DNA of 63,059 nt, the filler included. It is 7 parts of 7 records of this genome, joined end to end, with 100 filler letters (N's around TTAATTAATTAA, not from the genome) between each part and the next. Parts side by side here need not be neighbours in the genome. Positions count along the whole stretch, not along the records: positions 30,661 to 40,795 come from SRR31156797_36570; positions 40,896 to 47,277 come from SRR31156797_36571; 5 more parts are not named here. One strand, 5' to 3'. The position numbers were made by a program, and so were the translations under genes. The notes under the pieces were generated by a model, which worked only from the letters and a program-made list of their open reading frames with translations, made no database searches and was not told the DNA's origin. How positions within the stretch are numbered: position 1 is the first letter of the stretch; each line of letters opens with the position of its first letter. Of the stretch, positions 32,295 to 43,997 are shown piece by piece.

Positions 32295-32620
32295 TCCTGT
32301 GCCTCCGCCTTAATGACTACATAGGATTTAGTCTTACTAAGAGGCCTGCATTCTGCCACAGTCACAACATCCCCTACCTTTGCATCAATGCAAGGAGGAT
32401 TGTGTGCGTGGACCTTTGACTGCCTCTTTTCATATCTCTGATATTTCTTAATTAGCATCTCATGCCTGCGCTGGATGACCACTGTCTTGTCCATCTTATT
32501 GCTGACAACAGTTCCTACAAGGACCTGTCCGCGTACCGGAAGTTCTCCGTGGAAAGGACAATTGACATCGTCGCACTCCGTTTCTGGAGCCGGGACATCC
32601 AATCCAATATCTTTAGCCAT
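32291..32620 (-). CDS. rps17: 30S ribosomal protein uS17
   Basis: [19 protein letters not shown]. Confidence 0.97.
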   Translation of the reverse strand: MAKDIGLDVPAPETECDDVNCPFHGELPVRGQVLVGTVVSNKMDKTVVIQRRHEMLIKKYQRYEKRQSKVHAHNPPCIDAKVGDVVTVAECRPLSKTKSYVVIKAEAQE

Positions 32621-32625
32621 GATTA

Positions 32626-32937
32626 TTACCTCATGTGTATTTTTCTTATATTCTTTGTTCTGTTCTCGGGTTGTGAGAGCAGAAGGTTCCCATTTACTTT
32701 AACATACCTCTCAGCATGCTTTTTTGATAAGTGGGGAGGTATTCGAAACACAAAGGAAGTATCCTTTTTTTGAACTTTTTTTTCAGTTCCATCCTCTACA
32801 AGAACAATTAACATGTTCTTTGTTTCGTCAACCACTTTACCGCGTATATCATCATATGCCGGATTAGTAGCGTCTGTTATTGCTACTTCCAATCCGATCA
32901 GTTCATGGAATACCAGTTTAGAAGGAGTGATCTCCAA
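32626..32937 (-). CDS. rnp1: Ribonuclease P protein component 1 (Rpp29)
   Basis: [15 protein letters not shown]; position between uL29 and uS17. Confidence 0.9.
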   Translation of the reverse strand: MEITPSKLVFHELIGLEVAITDATNPAYDDIRGKVVDETKNMLIVLVEDGTEKKVQKKDTSFVFRIPPHLSKKHAERYVKVNGNLLLSQPENRTKNIRKIHMR

Positions 32938-32938
32938 A

Positions 32939-33142
32939 TCAGATCTCCTTCATTTCCCTCTGGATGGTCTTTATCCTGGCAACGGTTCTCCTGAGTTCTC
33001 CAATCCTGCCTGGATTATCCGGAGCACCACCAGCAGATGAAAGCGCACGTTCACGAATGAGTTCGTCCCTCATCTTATCGAGCTCGTCCATCCTTTCTTC
33101 CGGGGACATATCCCTGATCTCGTTCAAACGAAGAATTGCCAT
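32939..33142 (-). CDS. rpl29: 50S ribosomal protein uL29
   Basis: MAILR...[17 protein letters not shown]. Confidence 0.96.
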   Translation of the reverse strand: MAILRLNEIRDMSPEERMDELDKMRDELIRERALSSAGGAPDNPGRIGELRRTVARIKTIQREMKEI

Positions 33143-34071
33143 TACTTTTCCTCCTTATGGATGCGTGCGACCGGATGCCAGTAGTCATAGCTTTCATGCT
33201 TATGCTGCCATACACCGTCAACCAGCCTTCGCTGCTCTTCTCCGTTGTCCTCGATCTGAACTGTATCATCAGTTTCGGTTGTTGCTTCTTCACTGGTCTG
33301 TTCTTCAACTTCCTCAGCTGGAGCGTCCTCAGTGACCTCTGCTACTGCAGGTTCTTCAACAACTTCTACTGCTTCCTCCTCGTCTGCAACCTCGCCTTCG
33401 GATTCCTTGTCGACAAGCTCTGTGATATCAGCCTTTGCAGCTTCTGGTGCTGCGGCCTCAACCTCTTCTGTCTCAACGACCTCTCTTATATCGAAAACGT
33501 CAGGCAATACTACATCCGGAGGGATGATCCTAACTTTGCATCCAAGAGTTCCCAGCTTCTTAACAGCTGTTGCAAAACCCTCATCAACCATATCTTCAGC
33601 AGGCTTACCGGCGTGTTTGATGTAACCATCAACGAGTTTCTCAACCCTTGACCTTGAACCTGTAAGTTTACCTGAAATAACTATCTCACAGCCCAGAGCG
33701 CCAGAGTTCATAATAGCCCGGAGGGTATTATGACCGGCTTTTCTGAAATACCAGCCCCTCTCAATGGAGGAAGCAAGGCGGCTTGCCATCATCTGGGCAT
33801 TCAGTTCCGGCTTTCTGACTTCCTGAGCATCGATTTGCGGATTGTCAATGTCATACAATCTGTCGATGTCACGTGTGAGTTTACGGATAACCTTTCCTGC
33901 CTTACCAATGACCATGCCAGGCTTTTCAGCATATACAGTGATCTGGGTACCCATTGGAGTACGATTGATCTCCATTCCACCGTAACCTGCTCTGCTAAGC
34001 TGCTTTGCGAAATATTCGTCCATTGAAGCTTTTACATATCCTTCCTGAACGAATTTCTTCTCTATTGCCAT
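33142..34071 (-). CDS. rps3: 30S ribosomal protein uS3 with acidic C-terminal extension
   Basis: [24 protein letters not shown]. Confidence 0.96.
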   Translation of the reverse strand: MAIEKKFVQEGYVKASMDEYFAKQLSRAGYGGMEINRTPMGTQITVYAEKPGMVIGKAGKVIRKLTRDIDRLYDIDNPQIDAQEVRKPELNAQMMASRLASSIERGWYFRKAGHNTLRAIMNSGALGCEIVISGKLTGSRSRVEKLVDGYIKHAGKPAEDMVDEGFATAVKKLGTLGCKVRIIPPDVVLPDVFDIREVVETEEVEAAAPEAAKADITELVDKESEGEVADEEEAVEVVEEPAVAEVTEDAPAEEVEEQTSEEATTETDDTVQIEDNGEEQRRLVDGVWQHKHESYDYWHPVARIHKEEK

Positions 34072-34526
34072 TAGCGCACCTCATTCAAAATAATCTCAAC
34101 ATTGACAGTCTCTGTGTTCTTAGGACTGCCACGTCCGCGAGCCCTTGGCCTCATACCGTGGATTACACGTCCGCGCTTTGCAGCAACATGTGCAATGAAC
34201 ATGTGCTCAGGGTCAAGTCCCTTGTATTCAGCATTGCTCTTTGCATTCTCAATGATCTTGAGGAAAGCTTCAGCAACCTTCACAGGATATCTACCGTTTG
34301 CCATTGGACCTTTTCTGTGTCCTGAACCATCGCTGTGCCTCTTAAAAGGAACTGCCTGTTTCATGATCATGACATTTTCAAGGTACTTCTGGGCTACACC
34401 GGTACGCATTCCTTTGATCGCCCTACCAAGTTCACGTGACTTTTTCGGGGAGATGTGAAGCTCAGCACCCATAGCCTTAGAACTTGACTTTGGGTCCATT
34501 TCAATTGAATATCCAATTCTTGCCAT
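34071..34526 (-). CDS. rpl22: 50S ribosomal protein uL22
   Basis: [20 protein letters not shown]. Confidence 0.96.
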   Translation of the reverse strand: MARIGYSIEMDPKSSSKAMGAELHISPKKSRELGRAIKGMRTGVAQKYLENVMIMKQAVPFKRHSDGSGHRKGPMANGRYPVKVAEAFLKIIENAKSNAEYKGLDPEHMFIAHVAAKRGRVIHGMRPRARGRGSPKNTETVNVEIILNEVR

Positions 34527-34536
34527 CTATCTCACC

Positions 34537-34950
34537 TTACTTAAGTGGCACGAACTTGCTTGAACGGGTTGCTCCTACACCAGCGCTTCCGTGGGAAACT
34601 TTAGGTCTGGTTGGTGAGAATTCTCCGAACCTGTGTCCGATCATTTCCGGCTGGATCTCGAATGCCACAAATGACTTGCCATTGTATACTTCTACGTTCT
34701 TGCCGACCATCTCAGGGAAGATAATAATATCCCTGTAGTGGGTCTTCAAATTGTCTTTACCATCTCTGAGCTTCTGGACGACATCCTTCCTGCCTTCTGT
34801 GTAGCCCCTCTTAAGAGTGCGGCGTTCACGTGCAGGCAACATTGCAATAAACTCGTCTACATCCATAGCCTGGAGTTCTGTTACCGTTTTACCACGGTAG
34901 GTGTATTCACCTTTTCGTTTTGGTAATCTTGATGATGATTTCTTTGCCAT
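34537..34950 (-). CDS. rps19: 30S ribosomal protein uS19
   Basis: [21 protein letters not shown]. Confidence 0.97.
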   Translation of the reverse strand: MAKKSSSRLPKRKGEYTYRGKTVTELQAMDVDEFIAMLPARERRTLKRGYTEGRKDVVQKLRDGKDNLKTHYRDIIIFPEMVGKNVEVYNGKSFVAFEIQPEMIGHRFGEFSPTRPKVSHGSAGVGATRSSKFVPLK

Positions 34951-34964
34951 GTACTAACCTCCGG

Positions 34965-35678
34965 TTAACGCTTTCCGGTCCTGCGTGCTGCGATCTGACC
35001 TACCTTACGACCAGGAGGTGCGTTCCTTCCAACAGTTGTTGGCTTACCTGGGTGCTTACGGTTACCTCCACCATACGGGTGGTCAATAGCGTTCATAGCA
35101 ACACCTGATACACGAGGATACTTTGCAGCTCTTGCCTTCATCTTGTGGTATTTCTTACCTGCCTTAAGGAAAGGCCTGTCAACCCTACCGCCACCTGCAA
35201 CGATACCGATTGTTGCGCGGCATTTAGGATTTAACCACTTCATCTCACCTGATGGCATCTGAACAACTGTCTTACCACGGTCGTGGGATACAACTGTTGC
35301 ATAGGTACCTGATGCACGTGCGAACTGTCCGCCATCGTTTGGCTTGGACTCAATATTACAAACTGGAATACCTTCCGGGATCTCTGCGAGAGGCAGGATG
35401 TTACCGGGTTTAATTTCAGCTGAAATTCCGCAGGCAATCTTTTCACCGACTGCTATGCCCTCAGGAGCAAGGATCAGGCGCTCTTCACCATTCTCAAATG
35501 ATACTTTGACGATTGGTGCTGAACGAGCCGGATCGTGTGTAATTTCGATAACTGTACCATAAACCGTGCCTTCTTCATCAACACGTGGGTGTTTAAGTGC
35601 AGCTTTGTACTTGTGTGATGGAGCCCTGTATGTTGGTGTTCCAGCACCCCTATTCTGTGATATAAGTCTCTTACCCAT
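34965..35678 (-). CDS. rpl2: 50S ribosomal protein uL2
   Basis: [17 protein letters not shown]. Confidence 0.97.
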   Translation of the reverse strand: MGKRLISQNRGAGTPTYRAPSHKYKAALKHPRVDEEGTVYGTVIEITHDPARSAPIVKVSFENGEERLILAPEGIAVGEKIACGISAEIKPGNILPLAEIPEGIPVCNIESKPNDGGQFARASGTYATVVSHDRGKTVVQMPSGEMKWLNPKCRATIGIVAGGGRVDRPFLKAGKKYHKMKARAAKYPRVSGVAMNAIDHPYGGGNRKHPGKPTTVGRNAPPGRKVGQIAARRTGKR

Positions 35679-35689
35679 GTTAATTCACC

Positions 35690-35938
35690 TCACATCAGAC
35701 CGATTCTGGTCGCTATTTCATGGGCTGCTTCTGTGCCTTCGAAAGTAACAATAGCTTTCTTCAGACCTTTCATTGTGCTCATTGTACAGACAGATTCCAC
35801 AGGGAAACCGTACATTTTCATTACATCGGCCTTGATCTGCATCTTGTTTGCACGGGTATCGACAATAAACTGAAGTTTGTTGTCTTCCAGCAGCATCATT
35901 GCTTTTTCAGTGATAAACGGATACTTAATGACACTCAT
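35690..35938 (-). CDS. rpl23: 50S ribosomal protein uL23
   Basis: [11 protein letters not shown]. Confidence 0.96.
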   Translation of the reverse strand: MSVIKYPFITEKAMMLLEDNKLQFIVDTRANKMQIKADVMKMYGFPVESVCTMSTMKGLKKAIVTFEGTEAAHEIATRIGLM

Positions 35939-36696
35939 TCGAACATCCCTCCAAGAGCGGATATTGCAGATTCGGTCCAGACTGTTAATCTGCCGGCGTG
36001 TGTGCCCGGTGCAAGAATTTCAGCGTTCAGTGAATCAACAGATATAATGTCAACACCGGAAAGGTTCCTTGCGGATTTCATAAGTGGACTGTCGCATGTT
36101 GCAACAATGAGGACACTCTTCTTGTTCTTGAATCTCCTTCCTCTTATCTTACCTTTTCCTGCGCGAATATTCCTTCCGTCCTTTGCACGGAGTACATCAT
36201 CGTAAACGCCTGCTGCCTGCAGGAAGCTTACAACATCCTTTGTTTTCTCAACGCCTTCAAGCTCATCAGAAGCTACCAGTGGAAGTTCTGCCTCAAACTT
36301 GTGACCACGTTCCTTTACAATTTCTGCATCAGATGTTGCAGCAATTGCTGAGCGAATAGCCATGCGTCTTTCTTTCTTGTTGACCTTTTCAGTTCTGTCT
36401 GCTTCAGGCTTTGGAGGGTGTGCTCTCCTACCGCCTACTGCCTGTGGTACTCTTGCTGCACGGTTTCCATTACTAAGTCTTGGAATCTGGGCAACACCTC
36501 TGCCTGATCCCCAGGAATGTGCTGATGTATCCATACCGGAATACAATCTTGGACCATATGGCTGGTACCTGTTGGACTGAGCTACAAGAACCGCCCTTTT
36601 AATAAGGTCAGGTCTGTATACTTCGTCGAATACCTCAGGAAGGTCGATATCTCCCTTGGCATTTCCTGATAAATCTATAATTTTTGCTGTAACCAT
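35935..36696 (-). CDS. rpl4: 50S ribosomal protein uL4
   Basis: [23 protein letters not shown]. Confidence 0.97.
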   Translation of the reverse strand: MVTAKIIDLSGNAKGDIDLPEVFDEVYRPDLIKRAVLVAQSNRYQPYGPRLYSGMDTSAHSWGSGRGVAQIPRLSNGNRAARVPQAVGGRRAHPPKPEADRTEKVNKKERRMAIRSAIAATSDAEIVKERGHKFEAELPLVASDELEGVEKTKDVVSFLQAAGVYDDVLRAKDGRNIRAGKGKIRGRRFKNKKSVLIVATCDSPLMKSARNLSGVDIISVDSLNAEILAPGTHAGRLTVWTESAISALGGMFE

Positions 36697-36701
36697 TCAG
36701 T

Positions 36702-37715
36702 TCACCCCTGCTTGGACTGTGTGCTTACGTGAACAATTGCCGGTTCACTCATAGCAGGCACTTTTGACCTCATTGGATCTCTGAGTCTTACAAGCCTCTT
36801 TGAAGGTCCTGGAATGCTTCCCTTGATGAGGATGTATTCTCCACGTACAAGACCGTAGTTAAGGAAACCGCCTGCAGGAGTAATCTCTTCTCCGTTTTCG
36901 CCTACCTTAAGGATACGCTTGTTGTACTCTGTCCTCTGGTGGTAACCCATCTGACCCATCTGTGGAACTGTCCACCGGACAACTGCCGGGTGCCATGGAC
37001 CGAGTGTACCTACCTGCCTGAGACTTCCCTGACGTGAGTGCTTGTTCTTCTGCAGATTGATACCCCATCTCTTTACAGGACCCTGGGTACCTTTTCCGGT
37101 TGTAATAGCTGCTACGTCAACAAATGTGCCTTCATTGAAGACATCAGTAATCTTAATCTCGCCACCGAGTACGGTTTTTGCATACTCGAGCTTTGCCTTT
37201 ACATCAGAACCACGTACTGCAGTTTCCATGATATCTGCATTCTTCTTTGGAATACCGGTAAGCTTCTTTGGTAAAGTGTATGTGATGACCTTAATGTCTG
37301 TGACCTTACCTTCATCAACCATACTCTCAATCTTTGCAAGAGCTTCTTCAGTGTTAGACTGCTTTGGAAGTTTAATTGTCTTCCCAAGGCTTTCGTCAAG
37401 ATCAGCTGCCCATGCTTCAGAAAGTGCCTGCTCACCATTTGTAGAGCTGGTGTAAGCACGAATTGCAGCAACACGGACTGCAGGAGTCTCTACAACTGTT
37501 ACAGGAACAGAGATCTCCATGCCTTCTGTGAGGCTGTTCTTAACGTCGTCTACCATTACCACATGGGTCATACCTACCTTGTAACCTGCAAAGTCCTGAA
37601 GCTTTGATTCTCCAGCAGCCTGAGGCCATGAGTTAAACCTTGGTATGTGGCTTTTTGCTCTTACGCGTGGACTGAAAGCGAGTGATCCTCGTTTTGGTCT
37701 GTGTCCTTTTGCCAT
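36702..37715 (-). CDS. rpl3: 50S ribosomal protein uL3
   Basis: [26 protein letters not shown]. Confidence 0.97.
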   Translation of the reverse strand: MAKGHRPKRGSLAFSPRVRAKSHIPRFNSWPQAAGESKLQDFAGYKVGMTHVVMVDDVKNSLTEGMEISVPVTVVETPAVRVAAIRAYTSSTNGEQALSEAWAADLDESLGKTIKLPKQSNTEEALAKIESMVDEGKVTDIKVITYTLPKKLTGIPKKNADIMETAVRGSDVKAKLEYAKTVLGGEIKITDVFNEGTFVDVAAITTGKGTQGPVKRWGINLQKNKHSRQGSLRQVGTLGPWHPAVVRWTVPQMGQMGYHQRTEYNKRILKVGENGEEITPAGGFLNYGLVRGEYILIKGSIPGPSKRLVRLRDPMRSKVPAMSEPAIVHVSTQSKQG

Positions 37716-38108
37716 TATTATTCTCCTAATTTACACATATTCTTCTTGGCAAGTCTATGCAATTTTGCATAGGCCATTTTACGCGAGAAAGTCAGACAGG
37801 AACCGCTATTAAAATGAAGTTGACATGATAGGACGGACTCCACGTACCCTCATGGTACGCATTCAACGTCAAACCTGTACATTCCTCCAGTCATCAACGG
37901 ACCCATTTCATGCCCTGAGGCATTACTGAGTGGTCATCTCGAAAAGATTTAAACACTGCAGCATTAACACATTTTTGTGTAAGCGGGCATTCTTGAAGAG
38001 GCCCAATTATACTTCATGTTAAATCCGACTTTTTCGCACTATAATTTTAATTTGTACAGATTACATATTACTATGAAATCTACGTTGCGCCATTAAAGGA
38101 ACATATGA

Positions 38109-38116
38109 TATATAAA
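38109..38116 (-). promoter_or_regulatory. Putative TATA box of the rpl3 operon
   Basis: TTTATATA on the minus strand, about 390 nt upstream of the rpl3 ATG. Confidence 0.45.
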
Positions 38117-38376
38117 CCCTTTGTAGGAGAAAGGACACAGAAAGAGAAAGAACATAGCAAACACTGCATAAAATATACAGGCAACAGCTAGTAAAGATAC
38201 TATATAGCACATATAGATGTATGAAACAATTATAGTAACCGGGAGAGTATGTAAGATTTATATGTATATAAAAGCAACATACACAATAGTGATATAATTA
38301 TAAAATTGATGCCATCTAGCACCCATATTTAATATTGCATTTGAAGCCTATTAAATTATTATAATGGAGTGAAAAA

Positions 38377-39240
38377 GTGGAAATTAAGAAAGCTGTGATA
38401 CCTGTTGCAGGAATGGGAACCAGATTCTTACCGGCAACAAAATCCATGCCAAAGGAAATGTTACCAATTATCGACAAACCTGTAATACATTACGTTGTGG
38501 AAGAAGCAATTGCATCAGGAATTGACGATATCATATTTATTACCGGAAGAAGTAAGAGATCCATTGAGGACTATTTTGATGACTCACCTGAACTTCAAAA
38601 CCACCTTAAACAACAGAACAAGGAAAAAATGTTAAAGATAATAGAGGACATTTCTTCCATGGTAGATATCCACTACATCAGACAAAAGGAACCAAGGGGA
38701 CTTGGAGATGCAATACTTACCGCAAAGAAACACATCAGCGGTGAACCTTTTGCAGTCTTGCTTGGTGACGATATTATTGTGAACGAAAAACCATGCACTA
38801 AACAGTTGATCGAAAACTTTCAGAAATATGGTCGCTCAACAATCGCTGTAGAGGAAGTTCCTCTTGAAAAAACCGGAAGCTATGGAATCATAAAAGGACA
38901 AGAACTGAATGATTTACTATATGCTCTTGAAGACATAGTTGAGAAACCTGCTCCTGAAGATGCCCCATCCAACATAGGTGCAATCGGCAGGTATGTATTC
39001 ACACCGGAAATACTTGACTGTATTAGTGAAACTACTGCAGGAATTGGTAATGAAATTCAACTTACCGATGGCATCCGCCTTCTGAATGAGGAACAAAAAG
39101 TATATGCATACAAATTCACCGGTAAGAGGTATGACACCGGTGACAAGGTGGAATACGTAAAAGCAATTATCGATTTTGCCCTATGCAATGATGAAATGAA
39201 GGACCAGATAAAAGGACACATCGCAGGCATAAACCTGTGA
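38377..39240 (+). CDS. galU: UTP-glucose-1-phosphate uridylyltransferase
   Basis: KAVIPVAGMGTRFLPATK, EIQLTD. Confidence 0.95.
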   Translation: MEIKKAVIPVAGMGTRFLPATKSMPKEMLPIIDKPVIHYVVEEAIASGIDDIIFITGRSKRSIEDYFDDSPELQNHLKQQNKEKMLKIIEDISSMVDIHYIRQKEPRGLGDAILTAKKHISGEPFAVLLGDDIIVNEKPCTKQLIENFQKYGRSTIAVEEVPLEKTGSYGIIKGQELNDLLYALEDIVEKPAPEDAPSNIGAIGRYVFTPEILDCISETTAGIGNEIQLTDGIRLLNEEQKVYAYKFTGKRYDTGDKVEYVKAIIDFALCNDEMKDQIKGHIAGINL

Positions 39241-39358
39241 TCCTTTTTTACCTTTGTTTGTTTTCTGCAATGGCACTACTATAATAGAAGATATGCAAAA
39301 AACAAACAATCTATCGTTCAGAATTAAGTATTGTTTTTAAAAACGGGATGATCAACAA

Positions 39359-39955
39359 TCATCCCTGAGCAATATCCCTGCCCATCTCAAATGCCTTTGC
39401 ATTGATCTCGATGGTCTTTGGAGGAACGAGTTCCCTCACACATTCAAGCATGGTCTCAACGGGTATTGGCAAATAGTTCGAGACCGCGCCCACCATTACA
39501 ACATTCATGGACTGGGGGTGACCTGCTTCTTTTGCAAGTTCGGTTGCATTGAAGGCTTTTACCTCATGAGTCCCTTCCAGTTTTGCAATAATAGCATCGA
39601 CATCAGGATAAGTACAGAGCCCTGATGTCACAGTTACCGGAAGTATGGGATCAGTATTCACTATAATAGTACCTTCATCGGAAAGGAATTCGAGATACCT
39701 GAGCGCTTCGCTTGGTTCAAGTGCAAGCAAAACATCTGCGCCTTTCATTGGAATCATGGAACCAAGTTCACAGCCAAGCCTGATATGATTGACAACTGAA
39801 CCACCACGCTGTGCCATACCGTGTGTCTCTGCTGCACGAACTGGCATGTTCTCCCTTACAGCGGCCTTGCCGATGATATCAGACGCAAGGATAGTACCCT
39901 GTCCACCTACACCGGCGATGACAAGATCAAATTTAGATATTCCTTCAGCACTCAT
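39359..39955 (-). CDS. iorB: Indolepyruvate:ferredoxin oxidoreductase beta subunit
   Basis: GVGGQGTILAS, ETHGMAQRGGSV. Confidence 0.93.
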   Translation of the reverse strand: MSAEGISKFDLVIAGVGGQGTILASDIIGKAAVRENMPVRAAETHGMAQRGGSVVNHIRLGCELGSMIPMKGADVLLALEPSEALRYLEFLSDEGTIIVNTDPILPVTVTSGLCTYPDVDAIIAKLEGTHEVKAFNATELAKEAGHPQSMNVVMVGAVSNYLPIPVETMLECVRELVPPKTIEINAKAFEMGRDIAQG

Positions 39956-40795
39956 TTCTTCACCTCCGTGATGGCGTCGAACTTACACAAAGCTGCACAT
40001 ACACCACATCCAGTGCACATCGCATTTATTGATGCCTTCTTAGTATTCGTATCAAATTCTATTGAAGGACAGCCAAGGTTTACACACAATCTGCACCCTG
40101 TACATTTCTCAGCATCAATAGTGAACGGTGTTCTGCGAATACCTGAGCGTTTTGCATCGATAACACAGAGTTGCTCTGTGATGACAACAGATGTTCCTTT
40201 GTATTCCTTTGCTCTCCTGAAGACCTCTTCTGTCTGTTTGAGGTCATATGAATCAGCAGTTTCAACGAAACCTGCGCCAAGTCCCCTGCACAATGATTCC
40301 AGGTCCACCTCTGAGGTTTCCTCACCGGTGGCAGTTTTACCCATTCCGGGATTCGGCTGGTGACCGGTCATTGCAGTTGTGCGGTTGTCAACTATAGTTA
40401 CTGTGATGTCTGCTTTATTATAGATAGCATTGAGCAGACCGTTCATTCCTGTGTGGAAGAATGTGGAATCACCAATGGAGCAGCAGATAGGTTTCTTCTC
40501 TCCTGCCTGGTACATTCCGCTTGCCACGGTTATACTTCCACCCATACAGAGTGTTGTATCAACCGTACCACTCTGGATACCAAGTGTGTAGCAACCAATA
40601 TCACTTGGGAAGATGGCATCTTTGCCATAGACCTTTTTCATGACGTGGAAAGTTGACCTGTGTGAACATCCCGGACACATGACAGGAGGACGCATAGGTA
40701 GGTCGATCCTGCACCTGTCGTAATCGAAGTCTTCTGAAACCTCTGCCGGAACATCAGGCCTTTCAAGGTCAAGAACCTCTGCAAGAACGTCTGAA
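39952..40795 (-). CDS. iorA: Indolepyruvate:ferredoxin oxidoreductase alpha subunit (5' truncated)
   Basis: RPPVMCPGC, SDIGCY, GDSTFFH, C-terminal 2x[4Fe-4S] motifs. Confidence 0.93.
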
Positions 40796-40895
40796 NNNNN
40801 NNNNNNNNNNNNNNNNNNNNNNNNNNNNNNNNNNNNNNNTTAATTAATTAANNNNNNNNNNNNNNNNNNNNNNNNNNNNNNNNNNNNNNNNNNNN
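40796..40895. other. Artificial contig spacer
   Basis: N44-TTAATTAATTAA-N44. Confidence 0.98.
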
Positions 40896-41297
40896 AAACG
40901 AAGGGTTTTCGGTGGTAGCGCCAATCAGTGTGATCACACCGGTTTCAACTGCACCCAGGAGCGAATCCTGCTGAGATTTACTAAACCGGTGGATTTCGTC
41001 GATAAATAAAATGGCATTGAATTCATCCCTGGCTTTCTGGATCACATTCCGGACATCTTTAACACCCGAATTAATTGCGCTGAGCGTATAAAAAGGACGG
41101 TTTAATGTTTTGGAAATGATAAATGCCAGCGTTGTTTTGCCCACGCCCGGCGGTCCCCATAAGATCATCGAAGGAATATTTCCGGATTCGATGCTTTTAT
41201 ATAGCACGGCATTTTTGCCAAGCAAATGTTCCTGACCGATGTATCCATCCAACGAATCAGGTCGTAACAGTTCAGCAAGTGGTGCTTGTTTTTCCAT
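40896..41297 (-). CDS. rarA: Replication-associated recombination protein A (3' truncated)
   Basis: [34 protein letters not shown]. Confidence 0.93.
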
Positions 41298-41324
41298 GTT
41301 TGGTTTTGGTTATGAAAATGGCTT

Positions 41325-43961
41325 TTAAAGGTTACGGTCAGGATACAAATCATTCCACCATTGGGGCTGGTTTTTGAGCCATTTATCAAACCAGGCAAAG
41401 ATGGTATTCTGCCATTCGATGCGTTTTTCGTAATCAACAATATGGTGGTTTTGACCTTTAACCTCGATTAGTTCAACCGGCCTGCCCAGTAATTTTAATG
41501 CCGTGTAAAGTTGAATGCTTTCTCCGGGAGGTACATTGGTGTCATTTCCACCGTGTAATAATAGTAGTGGTGTTTTAATTTTATCTGCATTAAAAAGCGC
41601 GCTTTGCTCAATGTAAAGTTTTTTGTTGTTCCACGGAAAACTATTAGCAGAGGCAACAGAACTGTAAAGGTAACCCCAGTAGCCTTCTCCCCAGTAGCTT
41701 GATATAGAACTAATGCCGGCATGTGAAATAGCGGCTGAAAAAATATCGGTCCTGGTTTGAAGCAGCATGGTCATAAATCCACCATACGAAGCTCCGATAC
41801 ATCCAACATTATCAGGATCAACAAATTCGTGATCTTCAAGGAAAAGTTTAGTTCCATCAATAATTTCATCTGCAACCGAAATGCCCCAATTATTAACATG
41901 TGCTGCAGAAAAATCCTGACCATAGCCTGTGGCTCCGCTAGGCTGGAGGTTGTAAACGATATAACCGTGTGCAGCAAAAAGATTCTTGGGGTATCTACCT
42001 CCAAAACTGCGGGAAGTTGGGCTGGTTCCACCATAATAGTATACAATCAAAGGATACTTCTTCTTTCGATCGAAATCCGGTGGATAATAAATCCGTCCTT
42101 CAATTTCAACACCATTGCGGTTGATAAAATTCCAGTCTTCGGTTTCTCCAAAAACTACATTGTTATATGTGTCTGCTCTTGGGTTTGCTATGGTTTGAAT
42201 TTCCTGAGTGTTAAGATCAACAACATTGGCGAAGGTGGGTGTTGATATGTTTGATCCCCGGCAAATTGCTATTGGTGATTTCTTTGCCATAGAGATACTG
42301 TTTACCACATCAAATCCAGTTCTGATTTCCTCAAAATACCTGGTATTCAAATCGTAGCGATAAATTTTCTTGTAGGTGCGGTCAGACGTGTGAAAGATAA
42401 TTTGATTATGGTCATAATCACTCCAAATTGCCCTGTCTATACTAGGATTGAAGTTGAACGTAATGGGATTTACACCGCCAGTAGTCAGGTTGTAAATGTA
42501 TGCCTGGGTATCATAATCATTGGGAATTGCATCACCATTAACATTGGTTCCAATTTCGCCAAACATGGCCGGGCTTCCGGTAACGAGCAAGTGCAATCCA
42601 TCGGGACCGTAATCACAATTACCTGAAAAGTTCTTTTCCCAAATGGTATCTACTTTGTAGGTTTCCAAATCCATTTCCATTAAAAATTGTTTAGAATAAG
42701 GCCTTTCGGAAAAGTTTGGAATGCTTTGGCTAAACAGGATTTTTTTTCCATCCGGACTAATATCCATTAAACCTGTGGTGATATGGCCAAAAGTGAGTTG
42801 CTCAGTTACACCCGATTTTAGGTCAAGTTTATACAGAAAACTCCGATTTCTCCACCATCGCCAGCGGTCGGGCATTCCTTCATACCTATTTAAATCACCC
42901 TTTTTGCTGTCAGGTTTCTCATTGATGGAATAAATGATGAATTGCTCGTCGTCAGACCAGGAATAACTGCCAAAATCTTCTTTGTTTGAAAGGATTTTCT
43001 TCACAATTCCATCCTCGAAATTGTAAATCCATAAAGAACTCCCCTTATCTTTTTCTGAGGTTTCGTAAGAGATAGCGCGACTTTGAGGCAGCCATTTCAT
43101 TCCATGTAAGTCTGACTCCATAAAAATTTGGACCAGATTGCCTGATCGGACCTCCCTGATTTCTGTCCAACTGTTACCAATTCCTTTTGGTGGTGTAGCT
43201 TCGTTGAACTTTAGCATCACTAATTCGCCATCCGGAGAAATTGAAATACCCTGAATAAATTTACCGTTCAGCACATGGTTAATGGTCATGAACTCCATCG
43301 GTGAATTGGATAACCTGATATCATCAGGTAAAAAAGTACTGTCGGTGGTTATTTCTGTTTTAATTTTCCAGTCACTGTTGTTTGTAGAAGTTTTTAAAGT
43401 TTTGAGCATGAGAAGGTGTTTGCCTTTTTTAAGTTTCAATTTTGTTGAAACTGAGCCAGGATCTTCATCATTCTGTTGCTCTGAATCTTTTGTTTTAATT
43501 TTTTGATTATCCAGATAAATTTCAACTAGCTGAGGCGATGAAATCTCTAATTTGGCTTGCAACCAGCGACTGGTTTCTATATAAGCCGCCAAGAATGCAA
43601 TTTGGTTTGCATTCTTTACCGGCTTTTTTTCCAGAAAAAGAAAATCATCTTTGGCTGTTTTTTCGGTAACCCATTCGTACACGTTGCCTTTCCAGTGTAA
43701 TTGATTCCCCTTTTTTGGCTCCAGTTTGTCAATATCGTAGTTATCTGCTTTAAGTAAATCCGAGTTTGAGTAATCTTTACCGTTGAGGTTTTTTGATTCG
43801 TTGAAAGCCGGTTTTAAAACCTTAATGTTTCCCAGTTGCAAATAGGTTTCTATAGTCAGTTTATTTTTATTTTCCTGAGCTGTGGAGTGTGTTCCCAGTC
43901 CAATTATGAATAAAAATATCATGAAATTTATGATGGTGATATTTGCGATTCTTGTTGTCAT
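41325..43961 (-). CDS. Secreted S9-family (prolyl oligopeptidase-like) peptidase
   Basis: Signal peptide; propeller-like repeats; GASYGG nucleophile; D in DTNV and H in QNHH. Confidence 0.88.
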   Translation of the reverse strand: MTTRIANITIINFMIFLFIIGLGTHSTAQENKNKLTIETYLQLGNIKVLKPAFNESKNLNGKDYSNSDLLKADNYDIDKLEPKKGNQLHWKGNVYEWVTEKTAKDDFLFLEKKPVKNANQIAFLAAYIETSRWLQAKLEISSPQLVEIYLDNQKIKTKDSEQQNDEDPGSVSTKLKLKKGKHLLMLKTLKTSTNNSDWKIKTEITTDSTFLPDDIRLSNSPMEFMTINHVLNGKFIQGISISPDGELVMLKFNEATPPKGIGNSWTEIREVRSGNLVQIFMESDLHGMKWLPQSRAISYETSEKDKGSSLWIYNFEDGIVKKILSNKEDFGSYSWSDDEQFIIYSINEKPDSKKGDLNRYEGMPDRWRWWRNRSFLYKLDLKSGVTEQLTFGHITTGLMDISPDGKKILFSQSIPNFSERPYSKQFLMEMDLETYKVDTIWEKNFSGNCDYGPDGLHLLVTGSPAMFGEIGTNVNGDAIPNDYDTQAYIYNLTTGGVNPITFNFNPSIDRAIWSDYDHNQIIFHTSDRTYKKIYRYDLNTRYFEEIRTGFDVVNSISMAKKSPIAICRGSNISTPTFANVVDLNTQEIQTIANPRADTYNNVVFGETEDWNFINRNGVEIEGRIYYPPDFDRKKKYPLIVYYYGGTSPTSRSFGGRYPKNLFAAHGYIVYNLQPSGATGYGQDFSAAHVNNWGISVADEIIDGTKLFLEDHEFVDPDNVGCIGASYGGFMTMLLQTRTDIFSAAISHAGISSISSYWGEGYWGYLYSSVASANSFPWNNKKLYIEQSALFNADKIKTPLLLLHGGNDTNVPPGESIQLYTALKLLGRPVELIEVKGQNHHIVDYEKRIEWQNTIFAWFDKWLKNQPQWWNDLYPDRNL

Positions 43962-43997
43962 ATCCGATTGTTAATTTGTTAATATTAATAAATTTTA

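Noticed and set aside
32626-33142. No aIF1/SUI1 gene between rpl29 and rnp1
   Set aside because: Its presence at this position varies among archaea; absence is not unusual.
37850-37890. Short upstream ORF (MYRFDVECVP) in the rpl3 leader
   Set aside because: GGAGG lies only 1 nt from the ATG; the region is better explained by RNA structure.
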